DNA of 64,000 bases, taken from NCBI RefSeq assembly GCF_947568905.1, contig NC_079173.1, positions 29,202,001 through 29,266,000 on the forward strand. Direction: 5' to 3'. Shown here one piece after another: positions 1 to 13,800 of the stretch. A program made the translations under genes and the position numbers. The notes under the pieces are model-generated. The model made no database searches. It had not been told where the DNA came from and saw only the letters and a list, made by a program, of their open reading frames with translations. The DNA is from Ostrea edulis. Its lineage: Eukaryota. How positions within the stretch are numbered: the first letter of the stretch is position 1; each line of letters begins with the position of its first letter.

Positions 1-423
1 ACAGTTGTCACGGATATGCAATTTTGCAATCAAATTAGTTATTCGATAAGATTTGCCTTTAAATAGTCATCAATTCTCATCCATAATTCAAACTCTGGGT
101 GAATGTTCCTAACGTTTACTGCTTTCAAACATCCAACAATCCTCTACCTTTAGGTAAAGGATATCATTATTATGGTCTATAATGTTCAAATTTGAAGTGA
201 ACTTAAAAGACATCTACTTTACTGCAGACATATTTTCTCCTCCCCACAAAAAATCAGAAATATCTGCGTTCTCCAAATGATGTAAATATTAAATGATGCA
301 ATTCATTTCACAACATATGCTTAGATCCGCCTATAAAAAGAATTACAAACAATTGGTAAACGTGCCAACGAACCTTATTGGTCAAGTGAGCGGAATGTAA
401 TGAGATCATTGAACAAAGTGTAC

Positions 424-1671
424 CTGATGGAGTCACGCTTGGTGTAACAGATGGTGTGACACTTGGTGTAACTGATGGTGTGACGCTAGGTGTGACACTT
501 GGAGTAACCGATGGTGTGACACTTGGTGTAACTGAGGGTGTGACGCTTGGTGTGACACTTGGAGTAACCGATGGTGTGACACTTGGTGTAACTGAGGGTG
601 TGACACTTGGTGTTACAGATGGCGTTGGTGTGACGCTTGGTGTAACAGATGGAGTCACGCTGGGAGTAACACTTGGTGTTACAGATGGTGTTGGTGTGAC
701 GCTTGGTGTAACAGAAGGAGTCAGGCTGGGAGTAACACTTGGAGTAACAGATGGTGTGACACTTGGAGTAACCGAGGGTGTGACACTTGGTGTAACTGAT
801 GGTGTGACGCTTGGTGTGACACTTGGAGTAACCGATGGTGTGACACTTGGTGTAACTGAGGGTGTGACACTTGGTGTTACAGATGGCGTTGGTGTGACGC
901 TTGGTGTAACAGATGGAGTCACGCTGGGAGTAACACTTGGTGTTACAGATGGTGTTGGTGTGACGCTTGGTGTAACAGATGGAGTCACGCTGGGAGTAAC
1001 ACTTGGAGTAACATATGGTGTGACACTTGGAGTAACCGAGGGTGTGACACTTGGTGTAACTGATGGTGTGACGCTTGGTGTGACACTTGGAGTAACCGAT
1101 GGTGTGACACTTGGTGTAACTGAGGGTGTGACACTTGGTGTTACAGATGGCGTTGGTGTGACGCTTGGTGTAACAGATGGAGTCACGCTGGGAGTAACAC
1201 TTGGTGTAACAGATGGTGTTGGTGTAACGCTGGGTGTGACAGATGGAGTCACGCTGGGTGTAACACTTGGGGTAACCGATGGTGTGACGCTTGGAGTAAC
1301 AGATGGTGTGACGCTAGGTGTAAGGCTTGGTGTAACAGATGGCGTGACACTTGGTGTTACAGATGGTGTTGGTGTGACGCTTGGTGTAACAGATGGAGTC
1401 ACGCTGGGAGTAACACTTGGTGTAACAGATGGTGTTGGTGTAACGCTGGGTGTGACAGATGGAGTCACGCTGGGTGTAACACTTGGGGTAACCGATGGTG
1501 TGACACTTGGAGTAACAGATGGTGTGACGCTTGGTGTAACAGATGGAGTGACACTTGGTGTAACGGATGGTGTGACACTTGGTGTAACGGATGGTGTGAC
1601 GCTTGGTGTCACAGATGGCGTTGGTGTAACGCTTGGTGTAACAGATGGTGTTGGAGTTACGCTTGGTGTGC
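424..1671 (-). CDS. PTS exon, (VTPS)n, 1248 nt, phase 1-1
   Basis: Acceptor aatgaatag|GCACACC, donor CCATCAG|gtacac, length divisible by 3. Confidence 0.85.
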
Positions 1672-4600
1672 CTATTCATTGAAGAAATGTTAGATACTGT
1701 ATTAACTTTCTGACAAAGGATGAATAGATTTGATGTTTTCTTTTTCCCAGTAAAAGAGTAAGAGACATATGGGGTATAATGAACACCAAGGACAGAAAAA
1801 GGAGCCAATTGATGTGGAATTCACTCCAATTTACACGTGATTTGTAGCTGAGAATAAACAAAACAATTTACACCATACTTATACAAGCATAGTGGATAGT
1901 GAATTTACGTTGAATGGAAAGATGTTAGTCCTTTCAAGCCTTGTTGCATTACAACAAAATCACCTAAACTACGCGATTCATCATCTTTTCAGACGTAGTT
2001 ATATGTAAAGATTGAAATTATGTTGGATCTGAATTAATACAAAGCGGAAGGAGATTGTAAAGTGCTTACAGGGTGGTGTAATTCAAAATAGTGCCATTAT
2101 AACCCCATGGGTAATTAAGTACACATGGCTGATAATAAAGGATTTCTTGCAATTCTACAAGTACTCTTTACTTGTGACATGACGTTTCTAAGTTGTGCAT
2201 CTGAAATGCCTCCAGGGATTTTATATCTGCATCTAACATTAACAGTAGGAAATTCTTAAAGATTTGTCACTTGATGTATACCCATCCAAGATTAAAGCAA
2301 ATTTGAATTCTATCACTGGTAATACTGCATCACATGTATAAATAGAGCCTTACTACACAAGCACCGACAATGAAATTGTTGGGTTGAAAGAAAAACTTCA
2401 AACCTGTTTTGAACTTTGCAATTGTTCTGATGAATTTATATTACTAATGACTACACAAGGGGATTTCTTTACAGTTGTCACGGATATGCAATTTTGCAAT
2501 CAAATTAGTTATTCGATAAGATTTGCCTTTAAATAGTCATCAATTCTCATTCATAATTCAAATTCTGGGTAAATGTTCCTAACGTTTACTGCTTTCAAAA
2601 ATCCAACAATCCTCTACCTTTAGGTAAAGGATATCATTATTGTGGTCTCTAATATTCAAATTTGAAGAAGTGAATTTAAAAGACATCTACTTTACTGCAG
2701 ACATATTTTCTCCTCTCCACAAAAATTCAGAAATATCTCCGTATCCAAATGATATAAATATTAAATGATGCATTTCATTTCACAACCTAGGCTTACATCA
2801 GCCTATAAAAAAGAATTACAAACAATTCATCAACATGCCAACGAACCTTATTGGTCAAGTAATAAGAATGTAATAAGAGCATTGAACAAAGTGTACCTGA
2901 TGGAGTCGCACTTGGTGTAACAGATGGTGTGACACTTGGTGTAACTGATGGTGTGACACTTGGAGTAACCGATGGTGTGACACTTGGTGTAACTGAGGGT
3001 GTGACACTTGGTGTTACAGATGGTGTTGGTGTGACGCTTGGTGTAGCAGATGAAGTCACGCTGGAAGTAACACTTGGAGTAACAGATGGTGTGACACTTG
3101 GAGTAACCGATGGTGTGACACTTGGTGTAACTGATGGTGTGACGCTTGGTGTTACACTTGGAGTAATCGATGGTGTGACACTTGGTGTTACAGATGGTGT
3201 TGGTGTGACGCTTGGTGTAACAGATGGAGTCACGCTGGGAGTAACACTTGGTGTAACAGATGGTGTCGGTGTAACGCTGGGTGTGACAGATGGAGTCACG
3301 CTGGGTGTAACACTTGGGGTAACCGATGGTGTGACACTTGGAGTAACCGATGGTGTAACACTTGGTGTAACTGATGGTGTGACGCTTGGTGTGACACTTG
3401 GAGTAACCGATGGTGTGACACTTGGTGTTACAGATGGTGTTGGTGTGACGCTTGGTGTAACAGATGGAGTCACGCTGGGAGTAACACTTGGTGTAACAGA
3501 TGGTGTTGGTGTAACGCTGGGTGTGACAGATGGAGTCACGCTGGGTGTAACACTTGGGGTAACCGATGGTGTGACACTTGGAGTAACAGATGGTGTGACA
3601 CTTGGTGTGACGCTTGGTGTAACTGATGGTGTGACACTTGGTGTTACAGATGGTGTTGGTGTGATGCTTGGTGTAACAGATGGAGTCACGCTGGGAGTAA
3701 CACTTGGTGTAACAGATGGTGTCGGTGTAACGCTGGGTGTGACAGATGGAGTCACGCTGGGTGTAACACTTGGGGTAACTGATGGTGTGACACTTGGAGT
3801 AACAGATGGTGTGACACTTGGTGTAACGGATGGTGTGACACTTGGTGTTACAGATGGTGTAACTGATGGTGTGACGCTTGGTGTCACAGATGGGGTTGGT
3901 GTTACGCTTGGTGTACCTGAGGGTGTGACACTTGAAGTAGCTGAAGGTGTTACACTTGGGGTAACTGATGGTGTTGATTGAGTAGGGATTGTTATGCTTG
4001 GTGTTGGTGATACTGCAATATTGATCGCACCTGTTTAGTTCGCCTTGTTTGCTTAAAATACTATTGTATTAGTAGTATAGGCTATAGTATAAATGACTGC
4101 AAAATGACAATTATTGAAGAACGTATATGCTTATTTCTAATATATACACAAGAAAGATAAATCAATGCTACGAGCAAAATATCCATGCTTAAATCGTACA
4201 TTTAAGAAAATAAACTAACCATTGTTGGTAGGTATTCGTGGTTGTTGTTTTTTCGATGATCAAGAAATATGTATAGATTTTGACGTCATACATTAGTTAA
4301 ACATTGCGTCACGTTGATAATATAGCTAAACTATTCCGTAGAGAAATAAAGAAATTAAAAATTCGATATGTATTATTAAAATGTATTTTAAATACTATCT
4401 GACTTATGTCTTAGCGGCTGTACTTGTCTTTCACACCCTGCTCCTCCATTTGTAGATTATATTGCTGCCAAGTCCATGAAAGTTTGTTTTTAAATTTACA
4501 ATATCATATGTGACTGCATTTAGGAATACATATTCATAATTAATCTTGCGAATTGAGGGTCTTAAAACAGACAGTACCTTGATATGACAGGAAATGTCCA

Positions 4601-5325
4601 AGGAATATCATTCAAATAAACGATTGCATTTTGGACACATTTCAGTTATTAATAAGCAGAAAGTATACAAAAGTTTCAATGCTGTTAAACATTTTCGTCC
4701 ACTATGAGCACCTTAGATATAATTAATATCACTATGTCTTTATGTATCATTTTCGGATATCTATTTCTATAATAGAAAAATTATGTATCTACATTAATAA
4801 AGCAAACGCTGGGATTAGAAGGGCTTAGCTTTGCAAATAAAGGGTGAGTGAAAAACAGATGAAAACAAATTCTGAGATAAGGTTTACTTTTTAATAAATA
4901 TGTTACATTTTCATATTTATATGATGAAAAGCTTGCAAGAGTATTCCTAAATTGTCATTTTACAATCATTTGAAAATCAAGTTAGATAGGATGATACAAT
5001 TCACCATCACTCCACCACACTATAGAAACTCATAGCAATATTTCATGCTTTAATAAAAAATGAAATTAACAAATAAATAGGAACTTAATTCAAGAATTTC
5101 GGTAACATTTATGAAAAGAAAAACAACTGACCTGAAGAAGGTGTTGTTATGGATGGGGTGGAGACCTTTGTTGCCGGTGTAGACGGGACTGTGATAGATG
5201 TGGTTCCACTTGGTGTTGATCCACTTGGAGTGGTTATTGGTGTCGATTCAGTTGCTTCAGTTGTAGATGGTGGGGTTTGAGGTTTAACACTAGTTGTTCC
5301 TGTCCAAAGAAATTGATTGTACCAC

Positions 5326-5414
<89 letters not shown>

Positions 5415-7809
5415 CATTAATCATGTCACAATAACAAACATGTAAACATTCAATATGAAATTATTGGTCGATACCTTTAAAGACACAGTTGATATTGAGT
5501 TAGAATTTACAGCTGAAGCAACCGGTTCAAGAGAGAATTTACAGTCAGTCACGATTGATCTCTTTTATGATCAGTAAAAAAAAAACAACATGCGATCTAG
5601 GGATTTTTTAGTCTGTCATTAAAATCATTTGCCGTATATACATTTAATCCCTGTTCTTTGATCTTTTCTATCAAGTGATGTTAGATGAAATACATGTATA
5701 CCTGAATTCTGAAAATCTCTTCTGTGAAAACATATATTATTTCTAGATCAGAAAAACTATCAATGCACACAATTGGATATAGACTCTAATATTCGAGCTA
5801 AAAGACTATTCCTAAAATTGTTACCATTACTGTGTTTTCAATAGTATTATATAAACGTCTACATCTATAAGTAGATCATATCCTTACCAGTTTCGAAACA
5901 TGCGCGTAGATCAAGCTCCACTACATAGCCTTGGTTAATATCAATCTTTTCCAGGAGAGTGATGGTCACTTGATCTGCTATTGTCCCCGAAGGGAAAACC
6001 AATGAGTTCGAGTCTGTTACTTCCTAAAAACAAGAGAGGACAAAGGGTTTTATGTGCAGGGGGAAATACTTCACAAATTGACCCGATACCTTAACTCAGT
6101 TCGATATATCATTTTCTGTTTGCAACATATACATAATTAGGAAAAATTATCAACACTCGCCATCAACTTTTGATACCCCATCAAATCAACGTATTACTGC
6201 AGAAATATATCATCGCACGTTTTGAAGCCTAACTGTGGTTCTCCTACTTTAATGGCATTGTGATCGCGCGTACTTGTCTCGGAAAGAACATGTCGGTGTT
6301 GTAATATCAAATATTAAATCAAAATGAATAGAAATGCACGGATGTATAATCATCTACATACAATACCAATTTTACCTTACATTTGGAGGCTTCTACAATA
6401 TTTATTAAAATTGAAGTCCTCTATTGAAGAGGAATTTGAATGATTTCTTTCCGGATAATGCAGGCCATACTATTAAATTTGAGCTGTATGGAATGACTCC
6501 CATGAAAAGGTTAAATATACCGAACATTTATCAATGTCATAACTCCTATAAAGAATACAAGAATACGAGTAGGACAAACGCGGAGCCTCGAGCATACCAG
6601 AGGTGGAATTGGGTACATAAGAGGAGTAAGCATCCTCTGTTTACCGGTCACACACGCCGGTGGGGTCTATATCCTGATTAGGTAAACAGAGTAATCCGTA
6701 GTAAAATCAGTGTGTAAAAGACGGTCTCAATAGGCATGAAAAATGTTAAATAGCATTTTATCCAATGACAGGTTGTATTGGTAAAATTACCCATTAGTTT
6801 TTGATAAGTCTTTTAAGGAGGTACTCTACATCGTCATAATAGCTGACTTCCTTTTAAAACATGGATGAAAATTAAAATATCAGCAATATTTGTCCATTCA
6901 TTTTAAAAACTATCGCCTAACTGAATAGCTCAATAAGTTAGCACGTCGACTGCTGAACTGTAGATCGTGTGTTCGAGTCCAGCAGGGGTTTTAAATTTTT
7001 TTCAGATTGTTTTCTACTTAAACTGTATTTTTTGACTAAATAAAGTAAATTTGAAAGTTTTCAATTTCAAAATATTGTTGTACATATCCTCCACTTTTCA
7101 TCCACATCAAATTTCTCTGGTGTAGCATACCTCCTTAATAGGTCCAATTAGGTTTTCGGCATGTCTATTTATCTAAAATCAAGTCTTTAAACTTCCTTTA
7201 ATCTAGGGACAGTACTTGCAAAAAATTATTTTCAAATTACTCAAGTTTTGTGTTAAACAGATGACTCATGTCTAAATAGACGACAAATAATGTTTTAATA
7301 AAGAAAACTGTAATGAGCTGATACAGTACCGTGTAGAGAGTGGCCGAGATCTCAGTAGATTTCTTCAGATACACTTCAAATTTTTTGATATTTGAGGGTG
7401 ATCCCAAATCAATGGAGCCCAACTCAGTGTCACCAGGCAAATCAATTGTTATTGTAAATGTTGAAATTCCAACTGGTACAACGAGCGACTCATTTCTAAG
7501 CTTGTCCACCTCCGACTGAAGGGATGGTTCGCTTAATGTTATATAGTTGCTAGGAATAATGGCAGAATCAAGCATTCCATTCACTTCAAGACAAGGATTT
7601 CCTGCCATGGAAAAAAATTAAATTTAATTAGAATTTCAAATACAATAGTTTCGTAGTTTCACTCTAACATTTAACGAAACTCTAGTTGAATAACATAAAC
7701 TTAGAACGCTGTTAGAGTTCTTAGTCGTTGTATATCGATACGTATGTGTGATAGTGTTAGAATGGTAAATTGATTGATTGTATCTTGTTTAATATTCCTC
7801 TTGAGAATA

Positions 7810-7855
<46 letters not shown>

Positions 7856-10800
7856 ATTTAGGCATATGTTCGGCGCTTACAGCCATTGAGCAGGGAGGGA
7901 TCTTTATCGTGCCACTCCTGCTGTGACACGGGGCCTCGGTTTTTGCGGTCTCATCCGAAGGACCGACCCATTTAGTCGCCTCTAATGACAAACAAGGGGC
8001 ACTGAGGACCCTTTCTAACCGGGATCCCCACGGGATAGAATGGAAAAAGAGAGGAAGAAATATATAATTTCAACGTCCCGCTTGAGAATTTTTCACTCAT
8101 ATGAAGACGTCTATATATGTGTATGAAAATTATGCATGCTTTGAATCATTTCCAACAACCATATGAACCTGTTGTTGATCTTGGAGTAGTAGATAAGGTT
8201 GTAGTGCCACTTGGGGTACCCGATGGTGTTACACTTGGTGTAGCAGATGGCGTTGGCGTTCCGCTCGGTGTGACACTCGGAGTACCTGATGGTGTTGGTG
8301 TAACGCTTGGTGTAACAGAGGGAGTCACACTGGGTGTGACACTTGGAGTAACTGATGGTGTGACACCTGGAGTAGCTGATGGTGTTGGAGTTATACTTGG
8401 AGTACCTATTTATGACGGAAACGATACACAAAAATCATGCTCTGTGTAAATGACATGAAGCGTGATGAAAGGGGAAGATAACGAACAGTGATCAATCTAT
8501 AAGCTAATATAAGGAATACAAAATAAAGTATTGGGCAAACACGGACCCATGAACATACAATAGGTGGGATCAGGTGCCTAGGAGAAGTAAGCACACCCTG
8601 TCAACCGGTCACACCGGCCTTGCGCCCTATGTCTTAATGAGGTAAACGGAGTACTCCGTAGTCAAACTTAGTGTGTCAAGAACGGCCTATCAATATATTT
8701 TTCACAGTAAAAGAGAGAGAGAGTTTCAGTTTTGGAGTGAGAACAAAATATTTAGCATGAATATAACAAAAATCTTTTATGATTGATTGATGTCCACTTT
8801 ACCCATCATCTGGTCAGTTGTACAATACACTAAATGCATTACAATATAGGGAATAATAAGATTATTATAGAACCTAAACGAATTGACTCCTTACGAAATG
8901 AACAGATTCTGTGACAGTTATAGTCACAAACCATATTCGTTTGAAAAAGTATTCGGATGCAAAGTTGTATCGATTGCGAATGTGTCCAACATGGATTAAT
9001 AATCCCTGTTGAATAATGTTAAATTCTTTACAAAATGCTGTGGTTACGAAATAGTATGGTTAAAACTTCATCGACTATGATTTAGATATTGTTTTGACGA
9101 AAGTGTTTTCCTGCCATTCATAATGCATGCTTTTCAAACCACATAGTCAATGAAATCCCTAAATCCATCTAACATCAACTGTATAGGGCTCACAGTGGGG
9201 TGTGACTGGTCGACAGAGGATGCTTACTCCCCCTACGCATCTGATCCCTAGTATATCCATTGTTTGTTCAACTCTCTATTTTCTATTACTTATAGTAGTT
9301 ATGATATTGATCTCTCTTCGATATCTTCACCTTGCATGTAGCAGTAAAGGTTTGACAACTGTCACCAAATCCAAAATTCCCATTTCAAAATTTAGCACCT
9401 AATGCAGCAAATTTTCAAAACCTCAGTTGATACAGAACTGAGATTGAAATCCTTGCATTTCGAAAAGAAATATTCAGTCATTTGTCTGAGTCCTATTATT
9501 GTGCTAATAAATGTATCTGTCTAATGACATCACGATGAAACATTTTTCAAGTTGTCGTGGATATGCAGTTTTCATTCAAAGTGGGTATTCAATTGCTTTC
9601 ATAGGGTCATCGAATTTCTATCATAATAAAAAAAAAACTCTCGGTGAAGCCTCCTAGCTCTTATTTCGAACGTCTACGTAACAATGTATTGCATAACAGC
9701 ACTAATTCATTAATCTTAAAGTATGCACCAGCATTAAGTTTTAGAACAGAAACCATATTAATGCTATCTATATACGTATAAATATATACACTAGCAATTC
9801 AACAACCCCTTATACACATTAATAACATTTAATATTTAACGAGTATAGATAGGACATTTGCGATTTAAAAAAGACATATTTTCTCCTTCCTAAAAATCGT
9901 TTCCAAAGGCATTCCATTCAAACTGATCCAATTCATTTCACAAAGTATGATGTTTACATTAACCTTAAAAGAATTCAAAGCAAACGATAAACAGTCAGCC
10001 AACCTCAGTAGTCAAGTAAGCACAATGTAATAAAAGAACATTCATTAAAGTGTACCTGATGGCGTCACACTTGGTGTAACAGATGGTGTTGGTGTGACAC
10101 TTGGTGTTACAGATGGAGTTACGCTAGGAGTAACTGATGGTGTAGGTGTAACACTGGGCGTAACACTTGGAGTAACTGATGGTGTGACACTTGGTGTAAC
10201 TGATGGTGTGACGCTTGGTGTAACCGATGGTGTGACACTTGGTGTAACTGATGGTGTGACACTTGGTGTTACAGATGGCGTTGGTGTGACGCTTGGTGTA
10301 ACAGATGGAGTCACGCTGGGAGTAACGCTTGGGGTAACAGACGGTGTGACACTTGGTGTAACTGATGGTGTGACGCTTGGAGTAACCGATGGTGTTACAC
10401 TTGGTGTTACAGATGGCGTTGGTGTAACGCTTGGTGTAACAGATGGAGTCATGCTGGGAGTAACACTTGGTGTTACAGATGGTGTTGGTGTAACACTGGG
10501 TGTGACAGATGGAGTCAAGCTTGGAGTAACACTTGGGGTAACAGATGGTGTAACACTTGGAGTAACTGATGGTGTGACACTTGGTGTAACTGATGGTGTG
10601 ACACTTGGTGTTACAGATTGCGTTGGTGTGACGCTTGGTGTAACAGATGGAGTCACGCTGGGAGTAACGCTTGGAGTAACAGACGGTGTGACACTTGGTG
10701 TAACTGATGGTGTGACGCTTGGTGTAACCGATGGTGTGACACTTGGTGTAACTGATGGTGTGACACTTGGTGTTACAGATGGCGTTGGTGTGACGCTTGG

Positions 10801-13800
10801 TGTAACAGATGGAGTCACGCTGGGAGTAACGCTTGGGGTAACAGACGGTGTGACACTTGGTGTAACTGATGGTGTGACGCTTGGAGTAACCGATGGTGTT
10901 ACACTTGGTGTTACAGATGGCGTTGGTGTAACGCTTGGTGTAACAGATGGAGTCACGCTGGGAGTAACACTTGGGGTAACAGATGGTGTAACACTTGGAG
11001 TAACAGATGGTGTGACACTCGGTGTAACCGATGGTGTGATACTTGGTGTTACAGATGGTGTTGGTGTAACGCTCGGTGTGCCAGTTGGTGTCACGCTAGG
11101 AGTAACACTTGGTGTAACAGATGGAGTCAAGCTGGGTGTAACACTTGGGGTAACAGAGGGTGTAACACTTGGGGTTACAGATGGTGTTGGTGTAATGCTT
11201 GGTGTGATAGATGGAGTCACGCTAGGAGTAACACTTGGAGTAACCGATGGCGTGACACTTGGTGTCACTGATGGTGTTGGTGTAACGCTTGGTGTAACGC
11301 TAGGTGTAACACTTGGAGTAACCGATGGTGTGACACTTGGAGTAACTGATGGTGTGACACTTGGAGTAACAGATGGTGTGACACTTGGAGTAACCGATGG
11401 TGTGACACTTGGTGTTACAGATGGTGTGGGTGTAACGCTTGGTGTTACACTTGGAGTACTTGATGCAGTCACGCTAGGAGTTGCAGATGGTGTTGGTGTA
11501 ACGCTTGGTGTGACAGATGGCGTGACACTTGGTGTAACTGATGGTGTGATACTTGGTGTAACAGATGGAGTTGGTGTGGCACTTGGTGTAACCGATGGTG
11601 TGACACTTGGTGTTACAGATGGTGTTGGTGTAACGCTTGGTGTTACAGATGGAGTCACACTGGGTGTAACACTTGGAGTAACCGATGGCGTGACACTTGG
11701 TGTCACTGATGGTGTTGGTGTAACGCTTGGAGTGACGCTTGGTGTAACAGATGGAGTCACGCTGGGAGTAACACTTGGTGTAACAGATGGTGTTGGTGTA
11801 ACGCTGGGTGTGACTGATGGAGTCACGCTGGGTGTAACACTTGGAGTAACCGATGGTGTGACACTTGGTGTAACTGATGGTGTGACGCTTGGTGTGACAC
11901 TTGGAGTAACTGATGGTGTAACTGATGGTGTGGCACTTGTTGTAACACTTGGAGTAACTGATGGTGTGACACTTGGTGTTACAGATGGTGTTGGTGTAAC
12001 GCTTGGAGTAACAGATGGTGTGACACTTGGTGTTACGGATGGCGTTGGTGTAACGCTTGGTGTGATACTTGGAGTAACTGATGGTGTGATACTTGGAGTA
12101 ACCGATGGTGTGACACTTGGAGTAACCGATGGTGTGACACTTGGTGTTACAGATGGTGTTGGTGTAACACTGGGTGTGACAGATGGAGTCACGCTGGGTG
12201 TAACACTTGGGGTAACAGATGGTGTGACACTTGGTGTAACTGATGGTGTGACACTTGGTGTAACCGATGGTGTGATACTTGGTGTAACAGATGGAGTTGG
12301 TGTGGCACTTGGTGTAACCGATGGTGTGACACTTGGTGTTACAGATGGTGTTGGTGTAACGCTTGGTGTTACAGATGGAGTCACACTGGGTGTAACACTT
12401 GGAGTAACCGATGGCGTGACACTTGGTGTCACTGATGGTGTTGGTGTAACGCTTGGAGTGACGCTTGGTGTAACAGATGGAGTCACGCTGGGAGTAACAC
12501 TTGGGGTAACAGATGGTGTTGGTGTAACGCTGGGTGTGACTGATGGAGTCACGCTGGGTGTAACACTTGGAGTAACCGATGGTGTGACACTTGGTGTAAC
12601 TGATGGTGTGACGCTTGGTGTGACACTTGGAGTAACTGATGGTGTAACTGATGGTGTGGCACTTGTTGTAACACTTGGAGTTACTGATGGTGTGACACTT
12701 GGTGTTACAGATGGTGTTGGTGTAACGCTTGGAGTAACAGATGGTGTGACACTTGGTGTTACGGATGGCGTTGGTGTAACGCTTGGTGTGATACTTGGAG
12801 TAACCGATGGTGTGACACTTGGAGTAACCGATGGTGTGACACTTGGTGTTACAGATGGTGTTGGTGTAACACTGGGTGTGACAGATGGAGTCACGCTGGG
12901 TGTAACACTTGGGGTAACAGATGGTGTGACACTTGGTGTAACTGATGGTGTGACACTTGGTGTAACCGATGGTGTGATACTTGGTGTAACAGATGGTGTT
13001 GGAGTAATACTTGGTGTGCCTATTCATTGAAGAGATAATATATACAGCATTAACGTAATAATAATTTGATGAAGAATGGCATTTGATATTTTCTATTTAA
13101 AAAAGAAAGATACACATAGGCATTGCATATACCAGGAGGAGAACGAGTAGTCATTACTTTACACATGATTTGTTGCTGAAAATAAACAGAGCAATTTACA
13201 CCATATTTATTCAACCATAGTGGATAGGGAATTAACAATCGGAAAGGAATCATTTCTTTCATCCTTGAATGAATGGAAAATATTTCCCCAAACTCATATG
13301 CACTACACGATTCATGAAGTTTTTGGACGCAGTAGTACCGATCGAACGTGTTTTAGATATGAATTCATAACAAAAGGCCCATGGCCACATCGCTCATCAC
13401 ATGAGTCACCTTGGTGCATATTTAAAGATTTCACCTATATATTCGCATCTAAAAGTTTGATCCCCATTTTAGATCAAACCTACCCCCGTTGGCATGATTT
13501 TGTATACAATCTTTAATCTGCATTCTCAAGAAGCTTTTATGTAAATGTAAATTCTCCTGGCCCAGTGGTTCTTAAGAAAATGATTTTAAAAGAGTTTCCA
13601 AATGTATTTGTATGTAAAACTTTGACCCCCTACTGGGGCCCACCCTACCCCCGTGGTCCGTTATGTCAACAGAATTGAATCTCCAGTATATTAGAAAGCT
13701 TTAATGTAAATGTAAAGTTATCTGGCCTAATGGTTCTTCAGAAAAAGTTTAAAGATCTTCACTACATATCTATATGTACACATTTCATCCCCTATTATGA

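Larger units (their letters stand above)
1..4012. repeat. ~2.47-kb direct duplication of intron + PTS exon
   Basis: 1-423 matches 2471-2896 closely and both are followed by a VTPS exon. Confidence 0.85.

Noticed and set aside
6424-6681. Isolated intronic ORFs (also 9202-9402, 13050-14401, 15626-15961)
   Set aside because: They overlap interspersed repeats, satellite or microsatellite and show no protein-like features.
6918-6987. Possible tRNA gene
   Set aside because: The cloverleaf stems are incomplete and it lies inside a TIR element, so it is reported as tRNA-like only.
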